From Oscillospiraceae bacterium (lineage in GTDB: Bacteria; Bacillota; Clostridia; Oscillospirales; Oscillospiraceae), in assembly GCA_017391305.1 (NCBI GenBank), contig JAFOZC010000067.1:1-40366 (forward strand): a stretch of 40,366 bases of DNA. The letters are read 5' to 3'. Under the pieces are notes generated by a model. It was not told where the DNA came from. It was given only the letters and a program-made list of their open reading frames with translations, and did no database searches. The position numbers were made by a program, and so were the translations under genes. Shown here in pieces: positions 8,849 through 17,427 of this stretch. The number at the start of each line of letters is the position of its first letter. Within the stretch, counting starts at the first letter, position 1.

Positions 8849-10411
8849 TTGGCAGAGACCACCAACAAGCCGACTAAGGCAAATGAGTCGGAGTACGTGA
8901 TTGAGATGCTGAACATCACCAAGGAATTCCCCGGAATTAAGGCCAACGATAATATTACCCTTCAGCTTAAGAAGGGCGAGATCCATGCCTTGCTTGGTGA
9001 GAACGGCGCCGGTAAATCTACTCTGATGAGCGTTCTCTTCGGTCTGTATCAGCCCGAGGCAGGATGCATCAAGAAGAACGGCGAGGTCGTTAAGATCAAC
9101 GACCCCAATGATGCAAACATGCTGAACATCGGCATGGTTCACCAGCACTTCAAGCTGGTCGAATGCTTCTCTGTTCTGGATAACATCATTCTGGGTGTTG
9201 AGCCCAACACCGCCGGTTTCCTGAAGAAGAAGGACGCTCGCAAGAAGGTTCTTGACCTGTCCGAGCGTTATGGACTTCACGTTGACCCCGATGCCATCGT
9301 TGAGGATATCTCCGTCGGTATGCAGCAGAGAACCGAGATCCTCAAGATGCTCTACCGTGATAACGAGATCCTGATCTTCGACGAACCCACCGCTGTTCTG
9401 ACTCCTCAGGAGATCGACGAGCTTATGCGGATCATGCGTGGCTTTGCCAACGAGGGCAAGAGCATCCTGTTCATCACCCACAAGCTGGCTGAGATCATGG
9501 CTGTTGCCGACCGTTGCACCGTCCTGCGTAAGGGCAAGTACATCGGCACGGTCAACATTGCCGATACCACACCTCAGGAGCTGTCCCGTATGATGGTTGG
9601 CCGTAATGTTAACTTCAAGGTCGACAAGCAGGATATGGAACCCGGCGAAGTCGTTTTGGAAGTCAATGGCATTACTGTTCCCTCCAAGCTCCACAAGGGC
9701 AATTCCGTACAGGACGTATCCTTCAACGTTCGCCGTGGCGAGATCGTTACTCTTGCAGGTATCGAAGGCAACGGCCAGACCCAGTTTGTCTATGCCCTCA
9801 CCGGTTTGGACAAGCCCACCGCAGGCAGTATCAAGCTCTGCGGAAAGGACATCACCAAGATGGCCATCCGTGACCGTAGCAAGATGGGCATGAGCCACAT
9901 TCCCGAAGATCGCCATAAGCACGGCTTGGTTCTGGACTATTCTCTGGAGCAGAACATGGTTCTGCAGAAGTACTGGGATCCTCAGTTCCAGTCCATGGGC
10001 TTCATCAAGTTCGACGCAGTCCGTGAGTATTCCGAGCGGCTCATTGAGCAATACGATGTCCGTAGCGGTCAGGGCCCCATTACCATGGCCCGTTCCATGT
10101 CCGGCGGTAACCAGCAGAAGGCAATCGTCGCCCGTGAGATCGACAAGGATCCCGAGCTTCTGGTTGCGGTTCAGCCCACCCGTGGTCTGGACGTCGGTGC
10201 GATCGAGTACATCCACAAGCAGATCGTTGCTCAGCGTGATGCAGGCAAGGCAGTTCTTCTGGTTTCTCTGGAGCTGGACGAGGTCATGAATCTGTCTGAC
10301 CGTATCCTTGTTATGTATGAGGGCGAGATCGTCGGTGAGTTCGATCCCAAGGTTACCACTACTGAAGAGCTCGGCTTGTACATGGCCGGTGCAAAGCGTC
10401 AGGAAAGGTAG
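8849..10411 (+). CDS. Nucleoside ABC transporter ATP-binding protein (NupA/YufO-like, two NBDs)
   Basis: LLGENGAGKSTLM, IGMVHQHFKLV, LIFDEPTAVLTPQE, SGGNQQK and QPTRGLDVGA. TTG 8849 fits RBS GAGGAG better than GTG 8840. Confidence 0.93.
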   Translation: MAETTNKPTKANESEYVIEMLNITKEFPGIKANDNITLQLKKGEIHALLGENGAGKSTLMSVLFGLYQPEAGCIKKNGEVVKINDPNDANMLNIGMVHQHFKLVECFSVLDNIILGVEPNTAGFLKKKDARKKVLDLSERYGLHVDPDAIVEDISVGMQQRTEILKMLYRDNEILIFDEPTAVLTPQEIDELMRIMRGFANEGKSILFITHKLAEIMAVADRCTVLRKGKYIGTVNIADTTPQELSRMMVGRNVNFKVDKQDMEPGEVVLEVNGITVPSKLHKGNSVQDVSFNVRRGEIVTLAGIEGNGQTQFVYALTGLDKPTAGSIKLCGKDITKMAIRDRSKMGMSHIPEDRHKHGLVLDYSLEQNMVLQKYWDPQFQSMGFIKFDAVREYSERLIEQYDVRSGQGPITMARSMSGGNQQKAIVAREIDKDPELLVAVQPTRGLDVGAIEYIHKQIVAQRDAGKAVLLVSLELDEVMNLSDRILVMYEGEIVGEFDPKVTTTEELGLYMAGAKRQER

Positions 10412-10422
10412 GCATATTTGAT

Positions 10423-11556
10423 ATGAAGAAATCCATTATTAGTATTTTGGCTGCGGTCATTTCCATTGTAGCAGGCTTGGTACTTGGTCTGGTGGTTGTT
10501 ATGGCTACCGGCTCGGATGCCGCCATTTCCTGGAGCTGCTTTACTGCAATGCTGACCTCCGGCTTCTCCTCTATGGCAAAGCTTGCCAAGGTTCTTTATC
10601 AGGCAGCTCCTCTGATCATGACAGGTCTGTCTGTTGGCTTCGCATTCAAGACCGGTTTGTTCAACATCGGTGCTCCCGGTCAGTACCTCATGGGTGCATT
10701 CGTGGCTCTGGTTGGTGCCATCCAGTTCCAGCTTTCCTGGCCCATCTGCATCATTGCCGCTATGATCGCCGGCGCACTTTGGGGCGCACTTCCCGGTTTG
10801 GCAAAGGCTTATTTCAACGTCAACGAGGTTATTACCTCCATTATGCTCAACTGGATCGGCCTGTTCATTGTGAACATTTCTCTCATGAACATGCCCAAGA
10901 TGCTGCCTCCTCACTGGGTACCTTCCCCCATCAAGGACCGTACCGCCAGCCTGAAGTATGCAAATCCCGACGGCATCATCCCCAAGATGGGCATGGACGA
11001 GTTCTTCGGCTCTCCCTACATCAACATCAGCATCATCATCGCCATTCTCTTTGCTGTTGTGATCTACATCATTCTGAACCGTACCACCTTCGGTTACGAG
11101 CTCAAGGCCTGCGGACACAACCGTGAGTCTGCTCGCTATGCAGGTATCAATGCGAAGAGAAACATCATTCTGTCCATGTGCATTGCCGGCGCTCTGTCCG
11201 GTGTAGGTGGCGCTCTGTACTACCTCTCCGGCGAGGCAGATTACAACATCCTGAAGGTTCTGCAGGCAAATGGCTTCAACGGCATCCCCGTTGCCCTGCT
11301 TGCTACCTCCAATCCTCTCGGCATCATTTTCTCCGCCCTGTTTATTTCCTACATTCAGGTCGGTGGTGAGGCCATGCAGCCCCACTTCGCAACAGAAGTT
11401 ATTGACATCATCGTTTCCGTCATCATCTATCTTGCTGCCTTCACTCTGCTGACCAAGGGTCTGCTGAGCAAGGTCATCAAGTTCAATGACGGCAAGGACG
11501 CAAACGCAGAGCCCAAGCCTGCGGAAAAGAATACAGGAAAGGAGAACGGTAAATAA
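10423..11556 (+). CDS. Nucleoside ABC transporter permease (NupB-like)
   Basis: GLSVGFAFKTGLFNIGAPGQ, VNEVITSIMLNWI, TTFGYELKACG and ARYAGIN; hydrophobic. Confidence 0.92.
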   Translation: MKKSIISILAAVISIVAGLVLGLVVVMATGSDAAISWSCFTAMLTSGFSSMAKLAKVLYQAAPLIMTGLSVGFAFKTGLFNIGAPGQYLMGAFVALVGAIQFQLSWPICIIAAMIAGALWGALPGLAKAYFNVNEVITSIMLNWIGLFIVNISLMNMPKMLPPHWVPSPIKDRTASLKYANPDGIIPKMGMDEFFGSPYINISIIIAILFAVVIYIILNRTTFGYELKACGHNRESARYAGINAKRNIILSMCIAGALSGVGGALYYLSGEADYNILKVLQANGFNGIPVALLATSNPLGIIFSALFISYIQVGGEAMQPHFATEVIDIIVSVIIYLAAFTLLTKGLLSKVIKFNDGKDANAEPKPAEKNTGKENGK

Positions 11557-12545
11557 TGAATATTCTTGCTGATATTATTAGTGCAACTGTTCTGTTCGCC
11601 ATCCCTCTGCTCCTGGTTGCTCTGGGCGGTATGTTCTCCGAGCGTTCCGGTATTATCAACATTGCACTCGATGGCATCATGATCATCGGCGCACTTCTTG
11701 GCTGTCATACTCTGAAATGGCTGGATCCTGCTGTTACCGCTGGTAATCTGGGCTCTCAGGTGGCCGTTATGATCGCAATTCTGGTTGCCGGTGTTGCCGG
11801 TATCGCGCTGTCCCTGCTCCTGGCCTTCTCCGCCATCAATCTCCGTGCGGATCAGACCATCGGCGGTACTGCTCTGAATATGTTTGCCCCTGCATTCTCC
11901 ATCGTTCTGACTTGGGCGATCCTTGGACAGGGTCAGACCACTATGACCCTTCCCACTTGGGTACGTATTGTGCAAAATAACTTTGGCAAGGAAGCCAGCG
12001 GCACCTTCGGCGATATGCTGGTATTCAAGAGCCTGTATGCTACCCACTTCCTCTGCATCATCCTTTTCGCTGCAGCAGTCATCCTGCTGTACAAGACCAA
12101 GTTTGGTCTCCGTCTCCGTGCTTGCGGTGAGCATCCCCAGGCTGCGGACTCTGTTGGCATTAACGTCTATAAGATGCGCTATGCCGGTGTTATGATCTCC
12201 GGTTTCCTGGGCGGCATTGGCGGTATGTCCTTCGTCTTCGCCGTTGGCGGATTCCAGTCCGAGGTTGCCGGTTACGGCTTCCTGGCTCTGGCTGTTATGA
12301 TTTTCGGTAACTGGAAGCCCTGGTCCATTCTGGGTGCAGCATTCTTCTTCTCCTTCTTCCGTGTTATCGGTAACTACGCATCCTCTATTCCCTTTATGCC
12401 CAAGCTCTCTAATGTAGAGGGTGTAACAACTTACCTGTGGCCCTCCATTCCCTATGTGGTCACTGTCATCCTGCTGATCCTGACTTCCAAGAGATCCCGT
12501 GCTCCCAAGGCAGAAGGTATCCCCTACGACAAGGGTCAGAGATAA
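11556..12545 (+). CDS. Nucleoside ABC transporter permease (NupC-like)
   Basis: FSERSGIINIALDG, RADQTIGG, FGLRLRACGEHPQAADSVGINV, GFLALAVMIFGNWKP and APKAEGIPY. Confidence 0.92.
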   Translation: MNILADIISATVLFAIPLLLVALGGMFSERSGIINIALDGIMIIGALLGCHTLKWLDPAVTAGNLGSQVAVMIAILVAGVAGIALSLLLAFSAINLRADQTIGGTALNMFAPAFSIVLTWAILGQGQTTMTLPTWVRIVQNNFGKEASGTFGDMLVFKSLYATHFLCIILFAAAVILLYKTKFGLRLRACGEHPQAADSVGINVYKMRYAGVMISGFLGGIGGMSFVFAVGGFQSEVAGYGFLALAVMIFGNWKPWSILGAAFFFSFFRVIGNYASSIPFMPKLSNVEGVTTYLWPSIPYVVTVILLILTSKRSRAPKAEGIPYDKGQR

Positions 12546-12560
12546 ATTCATCAATCGCAT

Positions 12561-12592
12561 TTGTCCTATCCTCGCTTGCGGGGATAGGACAA
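12561..12592. other. Intergenic hairpin without T tract between permease and udk
   Basis: TTGTCCTATCCTCGC-TT-GCGGGGATAGGACAA. Confidence 0.55.
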
Positions 12593-12631
12593 GCACTATA
12601 TGTAAAGAGAAATCGACATGGAGGATATTCT

Positions 12632-13255
12632 ATGCCCAATATTATCGTCATCGGTATTGCCGGCGGCAGTGGCAGTGGCAAGACCACTTTGATGAAGAGC
12701 CTGCTGGCCCGATTCCAGGATGATGTCACCGTCTTGAGCCACGACAACTATTACCGCCCCTTCGATGAAATGACCATAGAGGAGAAGAAGCAGGTCAACT
12801 ACGACCATCCCGATGCCTTCGAGACGGAAATGCTGATCGAGCACCTGCGTATGCTCAAAGAGGGCAAGGCCATCGACTGCCCCGTCTATGATCATGCAAC
12901 CTATGCCCGTGCCGCCGAGACCAAGCGTGTAGAGCCCAGCAAGGTCATTCTGGTAGAGGGCATCCTAATCTTTGAGAACAAAGAGCTTTGCTCCCAGATG
13001 GACATTAAGATCTATGTTGACACCGATGCGGATGTCCGCCTGATCCGTCGTATCAAGCGTGACGTAGCCAAGCGTGGCAGAAGCATTGACTCTGTCCTCA
13101 ACCAGTATCTGGACACCGTCAAGCCCATGCATGAGCAGTTCGTAGAACCCAGCAAGAAGAATGCCGATCTGGTCGTTCTGGAAGGCGGCAAGAACTTAGT
13201 CGCTCTGGAAATGATCATCGACCGCATCCAGCGTCACATCGATCAGGAAATCTGA
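12632..13255 (+). CDS. udk: Uridine kinase
   Basis: IGIAGGSGSGKTT, SHDNYY, NYDHPDAF, VILVEGILIF, DADVRLIRRIKRDV.RGR and VKPMHEQFVEPSK. RBS GGAGG before ATG 12632. Confidence 0.96.
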   Translation: MPNIIVIGIAGGSGSGKTTLMKSLLARFQDDVTVLSHDNYYRPFDEMTIEEKKQVNYDHPDAFETEMLIEHLRMLKEGKAIDCPVYDHATYARAAETKRVEPSKVILVEGILIFENKELCSQMDIKIYVDTDADVRLIRRIKRDVAKRGRSIDSVLNQYLDTVKPMHEQFVEPSKKNADLVVLEGGKNLVALEMIIDRIQRHIDQEI

Positions 13256-13265
13256 TCTACCCAAA

Positions 13266-13305
13266 GAGGCTGTTTCAAAATGATCCCTCATTTTGAGACA
13301 GCCTC
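13266..13305 (+). terminator. Stem-loop after udk
   Basis: GAGGCTGTTTCAAAATGA-TCCC-TCATTTTGAGACAGCCTC. Confidence 0.65.
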
Positions 13306-13347
13306 ACCTTTATTCTTTTCGTCCCGTATTTCCCCTTGATCATGCAA

Positions 13348-13582
13348 CTTGAAGTTTGCACACAGCCCTTGCCTCTCCCTCCGGGAGAGGTACCTCCCGA
13401 AGGGAGGGGGAGAGGGATGTGCAGACAGTTCGTGCAGGAATGCAGTTCGTGAGAGCAATCGGTGCGGTGGTTCTGTGGGTAGTTTTTGAGTGGAATCGGT
13501 GCAGTGAGCCCTCTCAGGCGCTTCGCGCCAGCTCTCCCGGAGGGAGAGCCAAGAGCCAGGTGGGCATCGCAGACGAAGCGTT
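13348..13582 (+). repeat. Mosaic palindromic intergenic repeat, copy B
   Basis: Closely matches 3576-3783. Followed by the GTGGGCATCGCAGACG module that precedes the core in copy A. Confidence 0.9.
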
Positions 13583-13781
13583 AAATTTCGATTTGTCGAG
13601 CTGTTTATCGTATAACACCGTAGGGGCGACCTGTGGTCGCCCGGTCATTGTCGGTAAACGACAATGACAAAATTACGGGATTATCACGAGTTTTCCGACA
13701 AAATCGAAACATTTTGCGGGCGACCACAGGTCGCCCCTACGAACAAATTCGGAAATCGAACTGCTCCACAAATCGGAATTT
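13583..13781. mobile_element. MITE/REPIN-like element: inverted GTAG-REP doublet inside terminal inverted repeats
   Basis: GTAGGGGCGACCTGTGGTCGCCCG (13620-13643) and its exact reverse complement (13717-13740). Outer imperfect IR AAATTTCGATTTGTCGAGCTGTT / AACTGCTCCACAAATCGGAATTT. Confidence 0.7.
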
Positions 13782-13871
13782 GGCGACGAATGTATCTATG
13801 CTCTGTTTCGTCCTGTTTGTGAGACAGCACCTTTTTCCAATATTGCCCCATTTGGGAATGGAACGAGGGAT

Positions 13872-13930
13872 AAATCAGACGAACTACCCTATAACCTTAT
13901 GATCTAAGGTAAGGGTAGTTCGTCTGATTT
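13872..13930. terminator. Long stem-loop downstream of cysK, probably terminating the selenium operon
   Basis: AAATCAGACGAACTACCCT...AGGGTAGTTCGTCTGATTT 19-bp stem. Confidence 0.65.
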
Positions 13931-13966
13931 TGCAGTGGTATGTTAGTATGTGGATCACAGGGACTG

Positions 13967-14872
13967 TTACAAGAAGCCTTCTGTGGAGAGGTAACGGGTC
14001 GCAGGATCGGGGAGAATGGTCAGGATGGTTTTGTCGGCATTTTCAGGACGGCTTGCCAGAAGAAGGGCGGCATGGAGAGCCGCGCCGGAGGAAATACCGG
14101 CAAGAATGCCCTCTTCCCGTGCCAGACGTTTGGCGGCGGCGAAGGCCTCTTCCTCTGTGACGGGGAGGATCTCGTCTATGAGGGAGAGATCCAACACTTC
14201 CGGAATAAAGCCTGCACCGATGCCTTGGATGCCGTGGGGACCGGGGGCTCTTCCAGACAGAACGGCGGATGTCGCAGGCTCTACACCTACCACAGTGATG
14301 GGCTTCCTGGTTTTCAGATAAGCCCCTGTGCCGGTGATAGTGCCGCCTGTGCCGATGCCGGCTACCAAAATATCGATCTGTCCCTCTGTTGCGTCCCAGA
14401 TTTCCGGCCCTGTGGTTTCAAAATGAGCGCGGGAATTGGCAGGGTTTGTGAACTGACCGGGGATCAGCCCGTGGGGAAGCTCTTTGGCAAGCTGTTCTGC
14501 TTTTGCAATTGCCGCAGACATGCCACCGGCAACCAAAAGAACTTCTGCGCCGTAGGCTTCCATAAGCTTGATCCGCTCCCGTGACATGGTGTCCGGCATG
14601 ACGATGATGGCTCTATAGCCTCGCAGGGCGGCAAGGAGACACAGCCCGATACCGGTGTTGCCGGAGGTGGGCTCAATGATGACGGAATCCTTGCAGAGTA
14701 AGCCCCTTGCTTCGGCATCGTCCAGCATGAATTTTGCCACTCTGTCCTTTACAGAGCCGCCGGGGTTTAGAAATTCCAGCTTGACCAGAATACGGGCAGG
14801 ACTTTGGATGTGGCTAAGCTCCAAAAGGGGAGTGTTGCCGATGAGCTCCTCCGTATTGCGGTAGATCCTCAT
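13967..14872 (-). CDS. cysK: Cysteine synthase A (O-acetylserine sulfhydrylase family)
   Basis: IGNTPL, NPGGSVKDR (PLP Lys), IEPTSGNTG, GIGTGGT, HGIQGIGAG and GISSGAA. RBS GGGAGG. Confidence 0.9.
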   Translation of the reverse strand: MRIYRNTEELIGNTPLLELSHIQSPARILVKLEFLNPGGSVKDRVAKFMLDDAEARGLLCKDSVIIEPTSGNTGIGLCLLAALRGYRAIIVMPDTMSRERIKLMEAYGAEVLLVAGGMSAAIAKAEQLAKELPHGLIPGQFTNPANSRAHFETTGPEIWDATEGQIDILVAGIGTGGTITGTGAYLKTRKPITVVGVEPATSAVLSGRAPGPHGIQGIGAGFIPEVLDLSLIDEILPVTEEEAFAAAKRLAREEGILAGISSGAALHAALLLASRPENADKTILTILPDPATRYLSTEGFL

Positions 14873-14885
14873 GGTTAGACCTCCC

Positions 14886-15920
14886 TTATTTCAGAATGAT
14901 TCGTTTGCCACCGACGTATGGGAGCACCTTGCCGATCCGTTGGGCAGAGGGAACGGCATCCTTTAGAGCGGCTTCCATGGCATCTGCATCCTCGGCATCC
15001 ACGGCAATCAGCAGACCGCCGGAGGTCTGGGGATCATAGAGCAGATCCTGCACCGCCAAGGCCACCTCGCCGTGATCTACGAACTCTTCTGCAAAAGCCC
15101 GATTGCGGTACATTCCTGCAGGGAGGATGCCCCAGGAGGCAAATTCCAGAGATGCGGGGATCAGGTCAATGGCCTTGGTGTCAATTTCCAATTGGGTATC
15201 GCTGCCCTGTGCCATCTCCAGCCCGTGACCCATGAGACCGAAGCCGGTAACATCGGTACAGGCATGGACACGGTACTGCACCATGACATCACGGGCGGAC
15301 TTGTTCAGGGTGGTCATGAGCTTCTTGGCAAAGGCAGAGGTTTCCGCATCTAAGAGCTCTGCTTTCTGTGCGGCAGTGAGGACTCCGATGCCCAGGGGCT
15401 TGGTAAGGAAGAGAACGTCCCCGATTTTCGCCCCGGAATTGGTCAGTAGCTTCTTCGGGTGGACGAAGCCTGTAACAGCCAGACCGTACTTGGGCTCATC
15501 ATCAAAAATGCTGTGACCGCCGGTGATGATACAGCCGGCCTCATAGACCTTGTCGTAGCCGCCCCGAAGGAGGGCATGGACAGCCTCTTTGGGAAGGCTC
15601 TCCGGCACAGCCATGATATTCAGGGCAAGCTTGGGCTCACCGCCCATAGCATACACGTCGGACAGGGCATTGGTTGCGGCGATCTGTCCGAAGGTGTAGG
15701 GATCATCGTCAATGGGAGGGAAAAAGTCCACGGTCTGTACCAGAGCCAGCTCCTCAGAGACCTTGTAGACGGAGGCATCGTCGGATTTGTCGAAGCCAAC
15801 CAATAAATTGGGATCGCTATGTACCCGAATATCGTCCAGAAGCTTTGCCAGCGTGCCGGCACCTACCTTTGCGCCGCAACCGGCACATTTTGCAAGCTTA
15901 GTCAGTTTGATATCATCCAT
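14886..15920 (-). CDS. selD: Selenide, water dikinase (selenophosphate synthetase), Cys form
   Basis: KLTKLAKCAGCGAK, DDASVY, QTVDFFPP, NALSDVYAMGG, TDVTGFGLMGH and DPQTSGGLL. RBS GGAGG before ATG 15920. Confidence 0.95.
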   Translation of the reverse strand: MDDIKLTKLAKCAGCGAKVGAGTLAKLLDDIRVHSDPNLLVGFDKSDDASVYKVSEELALVQTVDFFPPIDDDPYTFGQIAATNALSDVYAMGGEPKLALNIMAVPESLPKEAVHALLRGGYDKVYEAGCIITGGHSIFDDEPKYGLAVTGFVHPKKLLTNSGAKIGDVLFLTKPLGIGVLTAAQKAELLDAETSAFAKKLMTTLNKSARDVMVQYRVHACTDVTGFGLMGHGLEMAQGSDTQLEIDTKAIDLIPASLEFASWGILPAGMYRNRAFAEEFVDHGEVALAVQDLLYDPQTSGGLLIAVDAEDADAMEAALKDAVPSAQRIGKVLPYVGGKRIILK

Positions 15921-15921
15921 A

Positions 15922-16710
15922 TTATAAAACCTCCGAGAATCGTAGAATTGCTTCCAATACACCGCCGCCGATGGACAGGGCCTTGTCGGAAACCAGATGG
16001 CAGTAGCTTCTGTCCCCACGGGGATCTACGTCTCCTGCCTTCATGCCCTTGTGAACGGGAACACCGTCGGCAAGGATCCCGCGGAGAACACCGTCAATTT
16101 GGCAGAGCATAGGTACACCGTCCACAGTGCCTGCCACATCTCCCTGCTTCACCATAGCACCGATCTCCAGAATTCGGCGGAAAATACCTTCCTCCGGGGC
16201 TCGGAGGACACGTTCTCCCGCAAAGCCACCGATGAGACCGGGAATGTTGGTGTTGGGCAGGGGAGAGCCTTGGGTGATGACTCTGCCCAAGGTGTGACCA
16301 CGCATGGTTTCGATAGCGGCATGGCAATCCACCCCTGCGGTAAAGCCGGGGCCTACACCGATGACACAGGGGGCATCGGTGATCTTGGTGCCTAAATTCC
16401 GTTTGGCAAGAATGGCATCTACCACCACCTGAGGGCGCAGGGCTTGCAGACATTGGCATTGGGGATCTGCCAGAACGGGGATCTCTCCACGGGACAGGAT
16501 CTGTCCTACGGCCTCGGGATCGGGAGCGAAACGGGCGGTGACATCCTCCACCTGTGCCTCTCTGTGGAGGATGGCCTGAGAGAAGCAGACAGTCCTGCGG
16601 ATAGCGGTGGGTTGGGGAAGGTCGGTCATAACAACTTGAAATTTGGCATGGTGCAGTCTCAGAGCAATGCCGGAGGCAAGGTCGCCTGCACCGCGAATCA
16701 GTACGAGCAT
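15922..16710 (-). CDS. yqeB: Selenium-dependent molybdenum hydroxylase system protein, YqeB family
   Basis: LIRGAGDLASGIA.RL, AIRRTVCF, VDAILAKRN, IETMRGH.LGR, ERVLRAP, KAGDVDPRG and SDKALSIGGGVLEA. Confidence 0.92.
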   Translation of the reverse strand: MLVLIRGAGDLASGIALRLHHAKFQVVMTDLPQPTAIRRTVCFSQAILHREAQVEDVTARFAPDPEAVGQILSRGEIPVLADPQCQCLQALRPQVVVDAILAKRNLGTKITDAPCVIGVGPGFTAGVDCHAAIETMRGHTLGRVITQGSPLPNTNIPGLIGGFAGERVLRAPEEGIFRRILEIGAMVKQGDVAGTVDGVPMLCQIDGVLRGILADGVPVHKGMKAGDVDPRGDRSYCHLVSDKALSIGGGVLEAILRFSEVL

Positions 16711-17324
16711 AAGATCTCTCCTTTGGAAAGGGATGCGGTAAATACCGGGGAGTGCAGAAGCCTTGCAAGAGCGGCGGCTTCTGTGGGATGGCTGTCTGCC
16801 TGATTGATCACGACAAGGTCTCCCAAGGCTTCCTGTTCCAGCGCCAAGGCAACGGCCTCAGGGGTAGCAATTTTGGAGCCGGTGAGGGCGTAAAACAGCT
16901 CCGGGCGATGGACAGCCTCAGAGATGGGCTTGCCGATGCCTGAAGCGCCTACAAGAGTAACGGTCAGCGTGCAAGCCTCCGGGATCACCGGCTCATGGGG
17001 GGCATGGGCCTTCAGGGGCAGATGCTTGGAACCGTCGGCTTCTACCAGAACATAATCGGCAAGGGAAGCAAGCTCCTGAAAGCTCTGCTTGGGTGGGGCG
17101 AGCTTGCCCATAGGGCCGGGACTTCCCACGCAGAGCACTCCGGTGACCTTGCCTGTTTCTTCTGCCACGGGAATATGAGGGGGAGGGAAAATCAGGGTAG
17201 AGGTACACAGGATCACAGAGCCCTGCAATTCTTCTGCAAGGCGGTACATTAGGGAGGTCTTTCCTCCACTGCCTATTATGGCGGTGATCCCCCGTGGGAT
17301 GGACAGGGCTTCAGAGAAGGTCAT
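16698..17324 (-). CDS. yqeC: Selenium cofactor biosynthesis protein, YqeC family
   Basis: IIGSGGKTSLM.RLA, VLVEADGSK.LPLKAH..HEPVIP, VHRPE and INQAD. RBS AAGGAG before ATG 17324. Confidence 0.9.
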   Translation of the reverse strand: MTFSEALSIPRGITAIIGSGGKTSLMYRLAEELQGSVILCTSTLIFPPPHIPVAEETGKVTGVLCVGSPGPMGKLAPPKQSFQELASLADYVLVEADGSKHLPLKAHAPHEPVIPEACTLTVTLVGASGIGKPISEAVHRPELFYALTGSKIATPEAVALALEQEALGDLVVINQADSHPTEAAALARLLHSPVFTASLSKGEILCSY

Positions 17325-17339
17325 AGCCGGATCTCCTTC

Positions 17340-17361
17340 GTTATTCTTATCATAGAATAAC
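17340..17361. promoter_or_regulatory. Palindromic ModE-box-like operator overlapping the -10 of the yqeC operon promoter
   Basis: GTTATTCT-N6-AGAATAAC perfect inverted repeat. Minus-strand promoter TTGACG(17382-17377)-17 nt-TATTCT has its -10 in one arm. Confidence 0.6.
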
Positions 17362-17391
17362 ATATTTTTATTCTTTCGTCAACCGAAAAAG

Positions 17392-17421
17392 TTGACGGCA
17401 GGGGACTGCCTGTGGTATACT
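17392..17421 (+). promoter_or_regulatory. Promoter of ModE-like gene, probably leaderless
   Basis: TTGACG-18 nt-TATACT with TG extension. ATG lies 6 nt after the -10 and there is no SD. Confidence 0.55.
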
Positions 17422-17427
17422 GTAGCT

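Noticed and set aside
12437-12631. N-terminal extensions in the ORF track for udk (also tdk, cdd, selD, pduS, ADH)
   Set aside because: They overlap upstream genes or regulatory DNA. Family homology begins at the downstream ATG, usually with a matching RBS.
14886-17324. Selenocysteine (TGA) recoding or tRNA-Sec in the selenium cluster
   Set aside because: SelD has Cys codons at the active site, the ORFs look complete without read-through, and no tRNA-like structure was recognised.
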